The notes below the pieces were generated by a model, which had not been told where the DNA came from, did no database searches, and worked only from the letters and a program-made list of their open reading frames with translations. Source: a bacterium (GTDB lineage Bacteria; UBA8248; JACPRG01; G963555815). Taken from it: a stretch of 64,000 nucleotides of DNA. A program made the position numbers and the translations under genes. The stretch is taken from positions 352,001-416,000 of the forward strand of contig CBDHDG010000005.1 of NCBI GenBank assembly GCA_965261595.1. The letters are read 5' to 3'. This document shows, piece by piece, positions 38,346 through 48,838 of this stretch (position 1 is its first letter; each line of letters begins with the position of its first letter).

Positions 38346-40649
38346 ATGTCCGTTTCCGAACAGACGCAGGCCTCGGCCGGGATGAGCCTCATCGGCCGTC
38401 CCGTGCCCGCGGCGGGCTCCCCGGACAAGGTGAGCGGCGCCGCCGCCTACGTGGGGGACCTCCGTTTTCCCCGGATGCTGCACGCCAAGGTTCTCAGAAG
38501 CGGCGTTCCCCACGCCCGGATCGTCGAGATCGATGTCTCGAAGGCCCTCCGCCTGCCGGGTGTCAAGGCGGTCATCACCGGAAAGGACCTCCCGGACATT
38601 CTGTGGGGGGAGATCGTCAAAGACCAGCGCACGCTTCCCACGGACAAGATCCGTTTCGCCGGGGAAGACCTCGCGGCGGTGGCCGCCGTGGACGAAGCCA
38701 CCGCCCTCGACGCCCTGGAGCTGATCCGCGTGGAGGTCGAGGAGCTTCCCCCCGTTCTGGGCATCGAGGAAGCCATGGCGGAGGGCGCGCCTGTCGTCCA
38801 CGACGGGGTCCCGGACAACGTGGTGAAGCGGTTCACCATCACCCGGGGGGACCTGGAGGCGGGGTTTCAGCGGGCCGACGTGATCCTGGAGGAGACCTAC
38901 CGCACCCAGCGGCACCACCAAAGCTACATGGAGCCCTTCGGGGCTGTTGTGGAAGTGGATAACTCCGGCCGCCTGACGCTTCACGCGGGCGTCCAGGGGA
39001 TCTTCCATTCCCGGGATCACGTGGCGTGCGCCCTGGGGATCTCCCCGAGCCGGGTTCGGGTCATCCAGTCCTGGGTGGGCGGCGCCTTCGGGGGGAAGCA
39101 GACCTTCCGGCCGCTGCCGATCCTGGCCGCCGCGCTCGCGCGGAAGACGGGCTGCCCGGTCCGTCTGCTGAACAGCCGGCAGGACGAATTCCTGGGAGGA
39201 AGCCCGCGCCTGCCCGTAAAGATCCACCTCCGGATGGGGGTCCGGAAGGACGGGACCCTCACGGCCAAGCACGGCCGGGTCATCGGGGACGCCGGCGCCT
39301 TCGCCACCATCTCGCCCGCCATCCTCCACACGGCGACGATGCGGATGGACAACCTGTACCGCATCGAGAACCTCGTGAACGAAGCGACCCTGGTGTACAC
39401 CAACCACGTCCCGTGCGGACCGTTTCGCGGGTTCGGGACCGTCCAGGGGGCCTTCGCGATGGAGAGCCTTCTGGACGCCCTGGCCGAGGCCGTCGACATG
39501 GACCCGGCCGATCTCCGGCGCGGGAATTTCGTCCGGACCGGCGACACCACGGTCCACGGCTGGCATCTCGGGAGCTGCGGGATCCAGGACTGTCTGGACA
39601 CCGCCGTGAAGGCCAGCGGATGGGAGGATCGAAACGGCCGGGACGGCGGGGGCCGGTTCCGCCGGGGACTCGGTCTCTCGGCCGCGACGCACGTGAGCGG
39701 AAACCGCCACTACGGCGACCTCGACGCCTCCACGTGCATCCTGAAGTTCAACCAGGACGGCAAGGTCAACCTCATCAACGGCGAAGGGGAGCTCGGGCAA
39801 GGCGCGGCCACGGTGCTCTCCATTTGCGCGGCGGAAGAGCTGGGCCTCCGCCCCGAGGACGTGACCGTGGCCCAAGCCGACACCGACACGTCGCCTTTCG
39901 CCATCGGCGGTTACGCGAGCCGCGTGACCATGATCGCCGGCAACGCCGCGCGCCTGGCGGCCCTCGACGCCCGGCGGCAGATTTTCAGTCGGGCGGCCGA
40001 GATGCTGGAAGCGCCTCCGGACCAGCTGGCGCTTGCGGACGGTTTCGTCTTCGTGGAGGGCGCGCCCGCCCGGCGGCTTTCGCTCTCCGAGGTGGCCCAC
40101 GGCGAGCTCTTCCGGCGCGGGGGGCGGACGATCATCGGCGTGGGTGAATACGACGCGCCCACGCGGATGTACGACGGCGAGACGCGCTACGGGAACATCG
40201 CGCCCGGGTACGAGTTCACCGTCCAGGTGGCCGAGGTCGAGGTGGATACGGAGACGGGGGCTGTCCGCGTCGTGCGGGTGGTCGCGACCGACGACGCCGG
40301 CCGCATCATCAATCCGCTGACGGCGGAAGGGCAGGTTCAGGGCGGAATCGTCATGGGCCTGGGGATGACGCTCACCGAAACCATGAAGTACGAGGGCGGC
40401 GCCCTGTTGAACGGCAGCTTCGCCGACTATAACCTGCCCCGGGCGGATTCCGTCCCGCCCATCGAGTCGCACCTGATCGAGACGTCCGAGCCCAACGGGC
40501 CCTACGGCGCCAAGGGGGTCAGCGAATCGTGCATCGATCCGGTCCCGTCGGCGATCACCAACGCGATCTATGACGCCGTCGGAGTCCGGGTCACCGAGCT
40601 TCCGGTCTCTGCCGAGAAGGTCTTGCGGGCGCTGCGGGAGAGAGGATGA
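38346..40649 (+). CDS. Xanthine dehydrogenase/HcrA-like molybdopterin large subunit 2
   Basis: DKVSGAAAY, QSYMEP, GGAFGGK, PFRGFG, HVSGNR, ELGQG, YASRVT, GAKGVSE. Confidence 0.92.
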   Translation: MSVSEQTQASAGMSLIGRPVPAAGSPDKVSGAAAYVGDLRFPRMLHAKVLRSGVPHARIVEIDVSKALRLPGVKAVITGKDLPDILWGEIVKDQRTLPTDKIRFAGEDLAAVAAVDEATALDALELIRVEVEELPPVLGIEEAMAEGAPVVHDGVPDNVVKRFTITRGDLEAGFQRADVILEETYRTQRHHQSYMEPFGAVVEVDNSGRLTLHAGVQGIFHSRDHVACALGISPSRVRVIQSWVGGAFGGKQTFRPLPILAAALARKTGCPVRLLNSRQDEFLGGSPRLPVKIHLRMGVRKDGTLTAKHGRVIGDAGAFATISPAILHTATMRMDNLYRIENLVNEATLVYTNHVPCGPFRGFGTVQGAFAMESLLDALAEAVDMDPADLRRGNFVRTGDTTVHGWHLGSCGIQDCLDTAVKASGWEDRNGRDGGGRFRRGLGLSAATHVSGNRHYGDLDASTCILKFNQDGKVNLINGEGELGQGAATVLSICAAEELGLRPEDVTVAQADTDTSPFAIGGYASRVTMIAGNAARLAALDARRQIFSRAAEMLEAPPDQLALADGFVFVEGAPARRLSLSEVAHGELFRRGGRTIIGVGEYDAPTRMYDGETRYGNIAPGYEFTVQVAEVEVDTETGAVRVVRVVATDDAGRIINPLTAEGQVQGGIVMGLGMTLTETMKYEGGALLNGSFADYNLPRADSVPPIESHLIETSEPNGPYGAKGVSESCIDPVPSAITNAIYDAVGVRVTELPVSAEKVLRALRERG

Positions 40650-40701
40650 GCGGGGAGGGGGGGTAGGGAAGGGGCGGCCGCGACGGTCCTCCCCCTCCCC
40701 C

Positions 40702-41454
40702 TCAGTGCGCCAGGTAACCGCCGTCGGCGACCAGGTTGTGGCCGGTGACGTAGCTCGAGGCGTCTCCGGCGAGGAACAGGCAGACCTCGGCGATCTCCTC
40801 CGGCCGGCCCATGCGGCCCATGGGGACGTCCGCCAGGAGGTTTTCGAGTCTCTGGGGGTCCTCCTGGAACCCGCGATTGATCCCGGGCGTGTCGGTCGGG
40901 CCGGGGGCGACGGAGTTGACGCGGATGTTCCGGTCGGCCAGCTCGAAGGCCAGGGCGCGGGTCATGTTGACCACGGCCCCCTTGGACGTGCAGTAGGGCG
41001 AGTACTCGGGGATGACCACGAAGCCGAGCTGCGAGGAGATGTGGATGACGCTGCCGCCTCCCCGCTCGATCATGTGCGGAACGACCTTTTGCGTGAGAAA
41101 ATAATAGCTGGTGACGTTGACTTCCAGGACCCGCCGGAACTCCTCGATCGTGATGTCCAGGAACTTTCCCCGAACCCGGTGGACGATGGTGTTCACGAGG
41201 ATGTCGATGCCGCCGAAGGCCCGGGCCGTCTCGGCGACGAGCGCGTCCATGACGCCGGGGTCCGCCGCGTCCCTCTCCAGGACGAGGGATTTTGCGCCCG
41301 TCTCGCCGCACGCGGCTTCGGCCTCGGCCAGCCCCGCGGCGTTCATGTCCACCAGCGCGACGTTGGCGCCCTCCCGGGCGAAGCGAACGGCCGTGGCCCG
41401 GCCGATTCCCGACGCGGCCCCGGTGACGATGGCGGTCTTGTCTTTCAGGATCAT
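40702..41454 (-). CDS. Short-chain dehydrogenase/reductase
   Basis: TGAASGIG, ISS, YCTSK, IRVNSVAPG, DGG. Confidence 0.93.
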   Translation of the reverse strand: MILKDKTAIVTGAASGIGRATAVRFAREGANVALVDMNAAGLAEAEAACGETGAKSLVLERDAADPGVMDALVAETARAFGGIDILVNTIVHRVRGKFLDITIEEFRRVLEVNVTSYYFLTQKVVPHMIERGGGSVIHISSQLGFVVIPEYSPYCTSKGAVVNMTRALAFELADRNIRVNSVAPGPTDTPGINRGFQEDPQRLENLLADVPMGRMGRPEEIAEVCLFLAGDASSYVTGHNLVADGGYLAH

Positions 41455-41588
41455 TTTTCCCCCTCAGGCTTGCGCGGCGTTGTCGCGAGGATCATGACGG
41501 CCGGTGGGTCTACCGGCCCTCATGTCCGCCCGGTTCGAAATCAACGGCGAATATGAAATCTCCGGCCGCGGCGCGTCCCGCCGGTCCA

Positions 41589-42629
41589 TCAGGCGTCCAC
41601 GCCGATCTCCCGGAGCATCCTCCGGTACGCCAGGGCGATGCCGTCCGGGCCTTTGACGTGCAGCTCCTCGGTCAGGTCGAGGGGCAGCTCCTCGGGCCGC
41701 TGGTTCTCGACGATCACATAATCCTGCTCGAAGATGAGGTCGTGAAGGTTGAACAGGTCCTTGACGGTCGAGTCGAGGACGCCGGCCCGGATCTCCTTGT
41801 CTTTGATGATGACCGGCCCGTGGGCGACGTCCGTCGCGTCCAGGTCGTAGTTGCGCGCGCCGAGCATGTATTCGGTCGTTTCGTTGGCCGAATGGGCCGT
41901 GTGCGCCGTGTAGAAGACCTTCGCCTTGCCCTCGGGCTCCTCCTTGCGCATGTGCAGGGTGAACGGGCGGTAGAGCCGGTAGCTCCGCCGGTGGACGAAC
42001 GGGGCGGTCTTGTCCGGGATGTTCTGGAACCAGAACCGCAGCATCTCGCCCTCGCGCTGGATGTGGACCTCCGGGGTGATGGGTTGGGCGCGGTCGCCGA
42101 GGAGGCCGTCGTGGATCCAGGCGAAGTGACCCAGGTCCACGAAGTTCTCCATCACCCGTGCGGCGCAGCCCTTCCAGCGTTTGCTCTGGATCATGAACAT
42201 CCGGTAATCGGGTTCTTCAAGCTCGGGAAAATCGGGGATGGGCGCGACCGGCTCGTCGGCCAGGCAGACCCAGACGAGGCCGTACTTCTCCTGTGCGGGG
42301 TAGGGCGTGAGGCGGGCCTTTTTTGGGATGGGATGCTCGGGCGGGATCGATGGGATCCGGACGCACCGGCCGTCCCCCCCGTAGGCCCAGCCGTGATAGG
42401 CGCACACCACCTTCTCACCCTCGACCCTTCCCAGGGAGATGGGGCAGCCGCGGTGGACGCAGAGGTCGTAAAACGCCTTGACCTCTCCCCCCAGCCGGCA
42501 AACGGCCAGACGCTCGTCCAGGAGCTGGACGGCCAGCGGCTTGTCGTCCGGCACGTCCGCCGACAGGGCGACGGGGTGCCAGTAGGCCCGCAGGAGGGGC
42601 CAGAGGTCGGTTTCCTTCGTTGCGCGCAT
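41589..42629 (-). CDS. Rieske non-heme iron oxygenase alpha subunit 1 (VanA/NdmA-like)
   Basis: CVHRG..CAYHGW Rieske motif; ENFVDLGHFAWIH mononuclear Fe motif; QDYVIVENQ. Confidence 0.92.
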   Translation of the reverse strand: MRATKETDLWPLLRAYWHPVALSADVPDDKPLAVQLLDERLAVCRLGGEVKAFYDLCVHRGCPISLGRVEGEKVVCAYHGWAYGGDGRCVRIPSIPPEHPIPKKARLTPYPAQEKYGLVWVCLADEPVAPIPDFPELEEPDYRMFMIQSKRWKGCAARVMENFVDLGHFAWIHDGLLGDRAQPITPEVHIQREGEMLRFWFQNIPDKTAPFVHRRSYRLYRPFTLHMRKEEPEGKAKVFYTAHTAHSANETTEYMLGARNYDLDATDVAHGPVIIKDKEIRAGVLDSTVKDLFNLHDLIFEQDYVIVENQRPEELPLDLTEELHVKGPDGIALAYRRMLREIGVDA

Positions 42630-42916
42630 TTCGGGTTCCGGTTTAAACAGGGTGCGCTCAGGGGCCGGCGCCGGATCCCAATCATAACAGGATTCGCGGG
42701 TCCATCGGCGAAATCCTTGAGGTGGTTGACTGGTGTGGTGAGGCTTGGGTAAGGTTCAGTCCTGGATTGTCGACAGTCTGGACCCGCGGGGTCCCATACC
42801 CGGGGGGGTCCCAGACCCGCGAGGTCCGGTCACGTTGGGAACGGGCCGGCCCGGAGACTTGGAGCGAAATCCGGCGGTCTCCTGAAAAACCCGTCAAAAT
42901 TTTTCGAGGGAATCCA

Positions 42917-43417
42917 GTGAAAGAGGGTTGCGCGGACCTGGTGATTGAGGGATTGAAGGAGGCGGGGGTGAGCATCGTCTGCACCCTGCCGGAGTCCTAT
43001 CTCAAGCAGGTGTTCGTGAAGGTTTCCCGGGATCCCGAATTCGAGCACGTCCCCGTGACCAACGAGGGGGAGGGGGCGTCGATCGCGGCCGGGGTGTGGC
43101 TGACCGGCAAGCGGGCGGCGCTGATCATGGAGAACTCGGGGCTTCGCGTCGCCACCGAGTCCCTGGCCCGTCTCGGTATGACGCACGGCATTCCGGTCGT
43201 GATGTTGATGAGCTACCGGGGGGACGTGGGCGAGGAGCAGTGGTACGGCATCCCGCACGGGATCACGATGGAGCCGCTGCTTCAGACGCTGCGCATTCCT
43301 TACGTCATCGTCCGCAAAGCGGAAGAGATCAAGCGGGCCATCGGCAACGCGTACAAGACGGCCGACAGCTCGAAGTATCACGTAGCGGTGGTGTTCAGCG
43401 GGGAGATCGTGCAATGA
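42917..43417 (+). CDS. ThDP-dependent decarboxylase alpha subunit (ComD-like)
   Basis: LPES, TNEGEGASIAAG, MENSG, MSYRGDVGE; stop overlaps the next start (ATGA). Confidence 0.85.
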   Translation: MKEGCADLVIEGLKEAGVSIVCTLPESYLKQVFVKVSRDPEFEHVPVTNEGEGASIAAGVWLTGKRAALIMENSGLRVATESLARLGMTHGIPVVMLMSYRGDVGEEQWYGIPHGITMEPLLQTLRIPYVIVRKAEEIKRAIGNAYKTADSSKYHVAVVFSGEIVQ

Positions 43418-44049
43418 CCCGGTACCAGGCCCTGAAGGTTCTGGCCGCGAGCTTGAAGGACGAGCTTTGCGTCGTGTCGCTTGGGGGGATTCAGAATGAA
43501 TGGTTCAACGCGCGGCCGGCGCCTCGGGGGGCGAGCCTCTACATGATGGCGCTGGGGTGCCACATTCCGGTGGCCCTGGGCGTGGCCCTGGCGCTTCCCC
43601 ACCGGCAGGTCCTGTGCCTGGAGACGGATGGCAGCGCATTGATGAACATGGGGGTGTTGGCGACGCTGGCGAACCGTCAGCCGAAGAACCTGAGCGTATT
43701 CGTCTTCGACAACGAGATGTACGAGTGCAACGGGGGGATGCCGAGCCATACGTCGGGGGTGTTGGACCTGGCCGGGATGGCCCACGGGGCGGGGATACCG
43801 GACGCGCGCAGCGTTTTCAGCGAGGGTGAGATGCGCGAGGCGGTGGACGAGGTCCTGACGAGCGGGCGTCACCACTTCATCGTGGCCAAGATCGAGCCGG
43901 GGACGGAGGAGGGCCTCCCCAACAAGCTGACCGACGGGATCGAAGACAAGTACCTGTTCGTGCGCTACCTCGAAGAGTCGGAAAACGTCGTTGTCCTGCC
44001 CGGCCTGACGGGCGAAGCGGGCCAACCGGAGAGGGGGCGGAAGCGGTAA
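43414..44049 (+). CDS. ThDP-dependent decarboxylase beta subunit (ComE-like)
   Basis: MTRYQAL, ETDGSALMN..FDN ThDP/Mg motif; C-terminal part of track ORF 43096..44049. Confidence 0.85.
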   Translation: MTRYQALKVLAASLKDELCVVSLGGIQNEWFNARPAPRGASLYMMALGCHIPVALGVALALPHRQVLCLETDGSALMNMGVLATLANRQPKNLSVFVFDNEMYECNGGMPSHTSGVLDLAGMAHGAGIPDARSVFSEGEMREAVDEVLTSGRHHFIVAKIEPGTEEGLPNKLTDGIEDKYLFVRYLEESENVVVLPGLTGEAGQPERGRKR

Positions 44050-44242
44050 CGGCGTTGGATGGCAAATCGAATGGCTTGAGAGAAAGACGCCGCTCAGCGG
44101 TATAGGAACGCCGCGCCGAATCGCGCGAAGAACGCGCCGAGAGGGTCAACCGACCCGCGCTACAGTTCACAGATCGTGTGTGCCGACCATGTTGTAATAA
44201 GCACGAGCCCCCCCATCCGCAGCTTGGCCGGCACGCAAGTGC

Positions 44243-44971
44243 CTAGACCCTTTCCGACCAGTACGTCCAAGGATTCGACGAGAGCGAGGGCCGGTCGATC
44301 TTCAGCGCCATCCCGCTTTCGACCTCCTCCAGCGGCATCGGCTCTGGCGTCCCGAGGACCGAGGCGGCATGGAGGAGCCGGGCCGTGTCCTCGAGGATCG
44401 TGGAGACCGCCACCGCCTGCTCGATGCTCTTCCCCACGACCGCCGCCCCGTGATGTTTGAGCAGGACGGCCGGCGCGCCGCCCAGGACTTCCGCGATCTC
44501 GTCGCCGACCTCCGGCGACTCCACCTGAATCGATTTTGGATAGACGGGAACCTTCGGGTGAAAGATGCCGCCGTAGTGGCCGACGGGGATGATGTCCCGG
44601 CCGGCGATCGTGCAGGCGATGGTCATGAAGGGGTGGCAGTGGATGACGGCGTTCACCTCGGGGCGGGCCTTGTAGATGCTGGTGTGGTTGTACCGCTCGC
44701 CGGGGGGCTCGAGCTTGCCGCCCACATGGTTGCCGTCCAGGTCAATGACGCTCAGGTCGTCCGTTTTGGCGGTCTGAAAGGTCTTATGAACCTCGTGCAG
44801 GTGGCCCATGATCAGGATGTGGCCGCCCCCCCCCCTCCCGCTCTCCCCATCGGGGAGGCGGAGGCTGGCGTGGCCCAGGTTGAGCTGAAGGAGCCCGGCG
44901 GCGGAGAGGATCTTGTGGGCCAGGACGAGCTTCTCCCTGAGTTCCTGGACGGTCTGTTCCCGGTCGGACAT
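44243..44971 (-). CDS. Class II aldolase/adducin-family protein
   Basis: GHASLR, PPGERYNHTSIYKARPEVNAVIHCHP, LLKHHG. Confidence 0.9.
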   Translation of the reverse strand: MSDREQTVQELREKLVLAHKILSAAGLLQLNLGHASLRLPDGESGRGGGGHILIMGHLHEVHKTFQTAKTDDLSVIDLDGNHVGGKLEPPGERYNHTSIYKARPEVNAVIHCHPFMTIACTIAGRDIIPVGHYGGIFHPKVPVYPKSIQVESPEVGDEIAEVLGGAPAVLLKHHGAAVVGKSIEQAVAVSTILEDTARLLHAASVLGTPEPMPLEEVESGMALKIDRPSLSSNPWTYWSERV

Positions 44972-44991
44972 GATGTCGCCTCCTTCGTCGG

Positions 44992-45150
44992 TCGAACGAG
45001 CGGGTTGTCTCTCAATCGTTTACCCAGCGGACGGGTATCGCCAGGTTCCAACATCTTATTTTCCACGGGCGTGTGACGGGCCGGTACGGAGCCCGGCCCC
45101 TACAACAAAACTCTCCGTGTGCCGTAGGGGCGGGTCTCCGTACCCGCCCG
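44992..45150. repeat. Second copy of the 51-bp repeat plus paired GTAG-type REPs
   Basis: Matches 16191-16241 (same strand) and 16408-16447 (inverted). Confidence 0.8.
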
Positions 45151-45293
45151 GAAAGACAGTTGTTGCGAGTATCCGCTACACTGCGCCGAACAAGGCGGCC
45201 GGTGCGATCCCTGCGGCAAGCGGAGCACGAGACCATCGGTTGGTGAAAAATCCAGGCCAAAGGGGTTGGGTCGCCGCCCGGATGTTCTCGCGG

Positions 45294-46031
45294 TCAACGC
45301 TTCAGATGCTCGGCGAGGAATTCCAGGGACCGCTCCCAGGCCAGCTTGGCCGCGTTCGGCTCATAGGTGTCCGGTTTGCCGTCGTTGGCGAACCCGTGGA
45401 CGGTGTTCTCGTAGACGATGATCTCGAACTCTTTCCTGTTGTCCTGAAGGGTCTTGCGGATGCGCTCGACGTGCTCCGGGGGGGCGGTGTGGTCGCTTTC
45501 CGCGTAGTGCCCCAGGACCGGACACCGGATGTTCGCCGTCATCTCCACCGGGGGCGTGGGCATGTTCTCGGTCGGGGCGTCGTTGACGATCCCCCCGCCG
45601 TAGAACACCACGCAGGCGGCCAGCTCCGGGATCGTGCAGGCGGCCAGATAGGAGAGCCGTCCCCCCAGGCAAAACCCGAGAGAGCCGATCTTCTCCGCGT
45701 TGACCTCCTCCAGCCCTTTCAAGTGTTCCACCGCGCCCCGCATCTCGGCCACGAGGATTTCATCCTTCAGCCGGGAGCGCTTCTCCAGGCCGAGCGGGGC
45801 CTGATCGTACGGCGTGACGGGCTTCGCTTCACGGTGGAAGGGGTTCACGGCCATCGCGGCGAACCCGTGGTCCGCCAGGCGCGTGCAGACGTTCCGGATG
45901 TTCTGGTTGACGCCGAAGATCTCGCACAGGACGATGATCCCGGGATGATTTTCCCCGCCGTCCGGAACGGACAGGTGCGCGGGAACCGGCCTTCCGTCGA
46001 CCTGGATCTCTACGGGTTGAATCGTTGCCAC
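45294..46031 (-). CDS. Dienelactone hydrolase-family protein
   Basis: EIFGVN, GFCLGG nucleophile motif, FYGGGI, HGF; AAGGAGGAG RBS before GTG. Confidence 0.92.
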   Translation of the reverse strand: MATIQPVEIQVDGRPVPAHLSVPDGGENHPGIIVLCEIFGVNQNIRNVCTRLADHGFAAMAVNPFHREAKPVTPYDQAPLGLEKRSRLKDEILVAEMRGAVEHLKGLEEVNAEKIGSLGFCLGGRLSYLAACTIPELAACVVFYGGGIVNDAPTENMPTPPVEMTANIRCPVLGHYAESDHTAPPEHVERIRKTLQDNRKEFEIIVYENTVHGFANDGKPDTYEPNAAKLAWERSLEFLAEHLKR

Positions 46032-46107
46032 CTGATGGACTCCTCCTTCAAGTCGTTTCGTTGTTTGATCCCGTCCACCGGCCTGGAATTCAGTGAGGTC
46101 ATTTCTA

Positions 46108-47480
46108 TCATCCGTCCGCGCCGCGCATCATCGCCAGAAGGTCGGGGACGCTTTCGAGCCCCGGGTGGGTCGGCGCTTCGGGGAAAGGCTCTCCGTAGGG
46201 CCGGGTCGCGTCGATCCCCATGGCCGAGCCCAGCGTGCCCTCCGGCGCTGTCGGGTCCAGGGCGGGACTTGGGTACTTGGGGACGATGATGACGTCCTCG
46301 GCCGGCCGGGAGCGCGTTGTGACGGCCCACAGGACCTTCTCGTCCTTGAAGATGTCGATGTCGTCGTCCACCACCACCGCAATCTTGGGGTGCAGGATGT
46401 TCCCCAGGATCGCCATGAGGACGTTGCGGCCTTCTCCCAGAAAGGTCGTTTTCAGGCTGACATAGACCAAGTACTCGCAGCACCCCGCCGCCGTGTAGTG
46501 GACGGCCTTCACGCCCGGAAACCCCGCCTTCAGGTCTTTGTACATCGTCGTCTCGTAGGGAAGCACCTTGATGAAATGGTTCTCCGTCATCGGCTCGCCC
46601 GTGAGGCCGGCGTGATAGATGGGGTCTTTCCGGTGGGTGACGGCGGTGATCTCCACGACGGGACGCAGGGCCTCCGGACCGTAATATCCGGAGTATTCGC
46701 CGAAGGGGCCTTCCGATTCCCGGCGGTGGGGCATCATCCGGCCCTCGATCACGATCTCCGCCGTGGCGGGGACCTCCAGGTCTACGGTTTCGCATTTCAC
46801 AAGGTCCACCAGCTTGCGGCGCAGGCCCCCGGCGATCTCCATCTCGTCCTGGCCGTATCCCGCGCGGACCTGCGTGGCCAGCATGATCACGGGGTCCACC
46901 CCGAGGGCCACGGCCACCTCGAGCGGCTCGTCTTTGGCCTCGGCCTTGACGTACTGGCGGTAGAGATCGTGGAACCCCTCGCACAGGATGCCCATTTGGC
47001 GCTTGCCCTGAAGCTGCATCCGGTAGATGGAGGCGTTTTTCGTTCCGGTCTCCGGGTCTTTGCTGATCTGGACGCCGTGGGTGATAAAGGCGCCGCCGTC
47101 CTTGAGGGCGTAGGTGGGGATGGGGAGCGTTTCGAGATCGACCGCTTCCCCCTTGAGGATGACGTCCTTGCACGGGCCGGTCTCGATCAGGCGGGGCGGG
47201 ATGGGATTGGTCACCCCGTCGTAGAAGCGCTCGTAAACCGTCTCTTTGTCGGTCTCCAGGGCCAAGAGGACGCGGGCCCGCGTGGCGAAAAGATCCCCCC
47301 GGCCACGACCATGCCGCTTCCCTTGACGTTCTCGAACAGAAGGGCCGGCCCCTGCTGGTCGGAGGTCTTGCGGATGTAAGCGCCGATGTCGAACTTCGGG
47401 TCCACCTCGGCGGTGATCCGCAGGAGCTCCTTGCGCTCCTCCAGGTGTTCGAGAAAGTCGCGGGGGTCGTCAAAGGGCAT
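46108..47480 (-). CDS. UbiD-family (de)carboxylase 3; frameshift in a T-run near 47290
   Basis: MPFDDPRDFL..PALLFENV..GGIF joins ATRARVLLALE..DGGAFIT, NASIYR, EGPFGEYSGYY, VVVDDDID, MGIDATRP. Confidence 0.88.
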
Positions 47481-47638
47481 ATGGGTTCTCCATTCGGTGG
47501 GTCTGGCGCGGATCTCTCATCAAGACTTCGCCACCGCCGCCCGATCAGCCCACAACTCATCCGCCGGCCTCACCGTGGGGCCGGTTCGGGGCACGCCCCT
47601 GTATGGGGGGGGGCCGGGAGGTGGCGTCAAATCGCCGT

Positions 47639-48643
47639 CTACTCGACGCCCAGCTCCCCCAGGAACCTCCGGTAAGCCAGGGCGAGGGCGTCCGGCCCCT
47701 TGATGTGAAGCTCCTCGGCCAGGTCCAGGGGCAGCTCCTCGGGCCGCTGGTTCTCGACGATCACCCGGTCCTGCTCGGCCAGGATGTCCTGGAGGTCCGC
47801 GTTGGATTCCCCCTCGTACGACCCGCCCTCATAGTTTCGGGTCACGAACATGAACCGGTGACACGCCCCGGCCGAAAGGGGTTGGCACACGAAGATCAGG
47901 GCCTCGGCCTTCCCGTCGGTTTCGACCTTTGACTGATAGATCGAGAAGGGCCGGGTCACGATGTAATTGCGGCGGTAGGACACGCCATGGGTCGCGTCGG
48001 CCGTTTCGTCGGCCCAGAACTTCAAAAGCTCCTCGCCCTCCCGCTCCAAGGTGACCTCCGGCGGAATGGGATGGTCCCGGTTGCCCAGGATCCCTTCGTG
48101 CACCCAGGCGAAGTGGCCGAAATCGAAGAAATTCTCGATGGCCCGCGCGGCGCTGCACGTCCATTTCCGCTTGTCGCGGAAAACCACGTGGAAGCCCGGG
48201 TCCTCCAGGGGGGGATATTCGGGAAGCGGCGCCCGGGGCTCGCCCAGGCAGACCCAGACGATGCCGTACCGCTCCCGGGCCTTGTGCTGGGTCAGGCGCG
48301 CCTTCTTGGGGATGGGATGCCCGGACGGGACCGAGGGGATCCTTGTGCACCGGCCCTCTCGGTTGTACGACCACCCGTGATAGGCGCAGACGACCTCCTC
48401 TCCCTCGATCCGGCCCAGGGAGATCGGCGTTCCCCGGTGAACGCACAGGTCGTAAAACGCCGCGACCTCGCCCCCATGGCCCTCCCGGCCGCCCAGCCGG
48501 CAAAGGGCCAGCCGTTCATCCAGCAGGCGGACGGCAAGGGGCTTCTCGCCCACCTCCTCGCTGAAGGCGACGGGCAGCCAGTAGTCCCGAAGTTGGGGCC
48601 AAAGACCAGTCTCGGTCATCCCCTTGGCGGCGGCCGATTCCAT
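47639..48643 (-). CDS. Rieske non-heme iron oxygenase alpha subunit 2
   Basis: CVHRG..CAYHGW, ENFFDFGHFAWVH, QDRVIVENQRPEELPLDL; close paralog of 41589..42629. Confidence 0.92.
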   Translation of the reverse strand: MESAAAKGMTETGLWPQLRDYWLPVAFSEEVGEKPLAVRLLDERLALCRLGGREGHGGEVAAFYDLCVHRGTPISLGRIEGEEVVCAYHGWSYNREGRCTRIPSVPSGHPIPKKARLTQHKARERYGIVWVCLGEPRAPLPEYPPLEDPGFHVVFRDKRKWTCSAARAIENFFDFGHFAWVHEGILGNRDHPIPPEVTLEREGEELLKFWADETADATHGVSYRRNYIVTRPFSIYQSKVETDGKAEALIFVCQPLSAGACHRFMFVTRNYEGGSYEGESNADLQDILAEQDRVIVENQRPEELPLDLAEELHIKGPDALALAYRRFLGELGVE

Positions 48644-48838
48644 CCAATACCTCTCGCTTGGGCGTTGTGCGCGCTCTTTTCCGAACGCAAAGGAGTATAC
48701 CTGAACGATGTCGGCGTTGCCCATTCCATGGGCGGGAAATCGGGGGTGGCGCGGACCGCGAACGGCGAAAGACAACCTCCCGGCGCGACGGAGACGGGAG
48801 AGGTGACGGAATCGGCAGGAAATCCCGACGCGTTGAGG

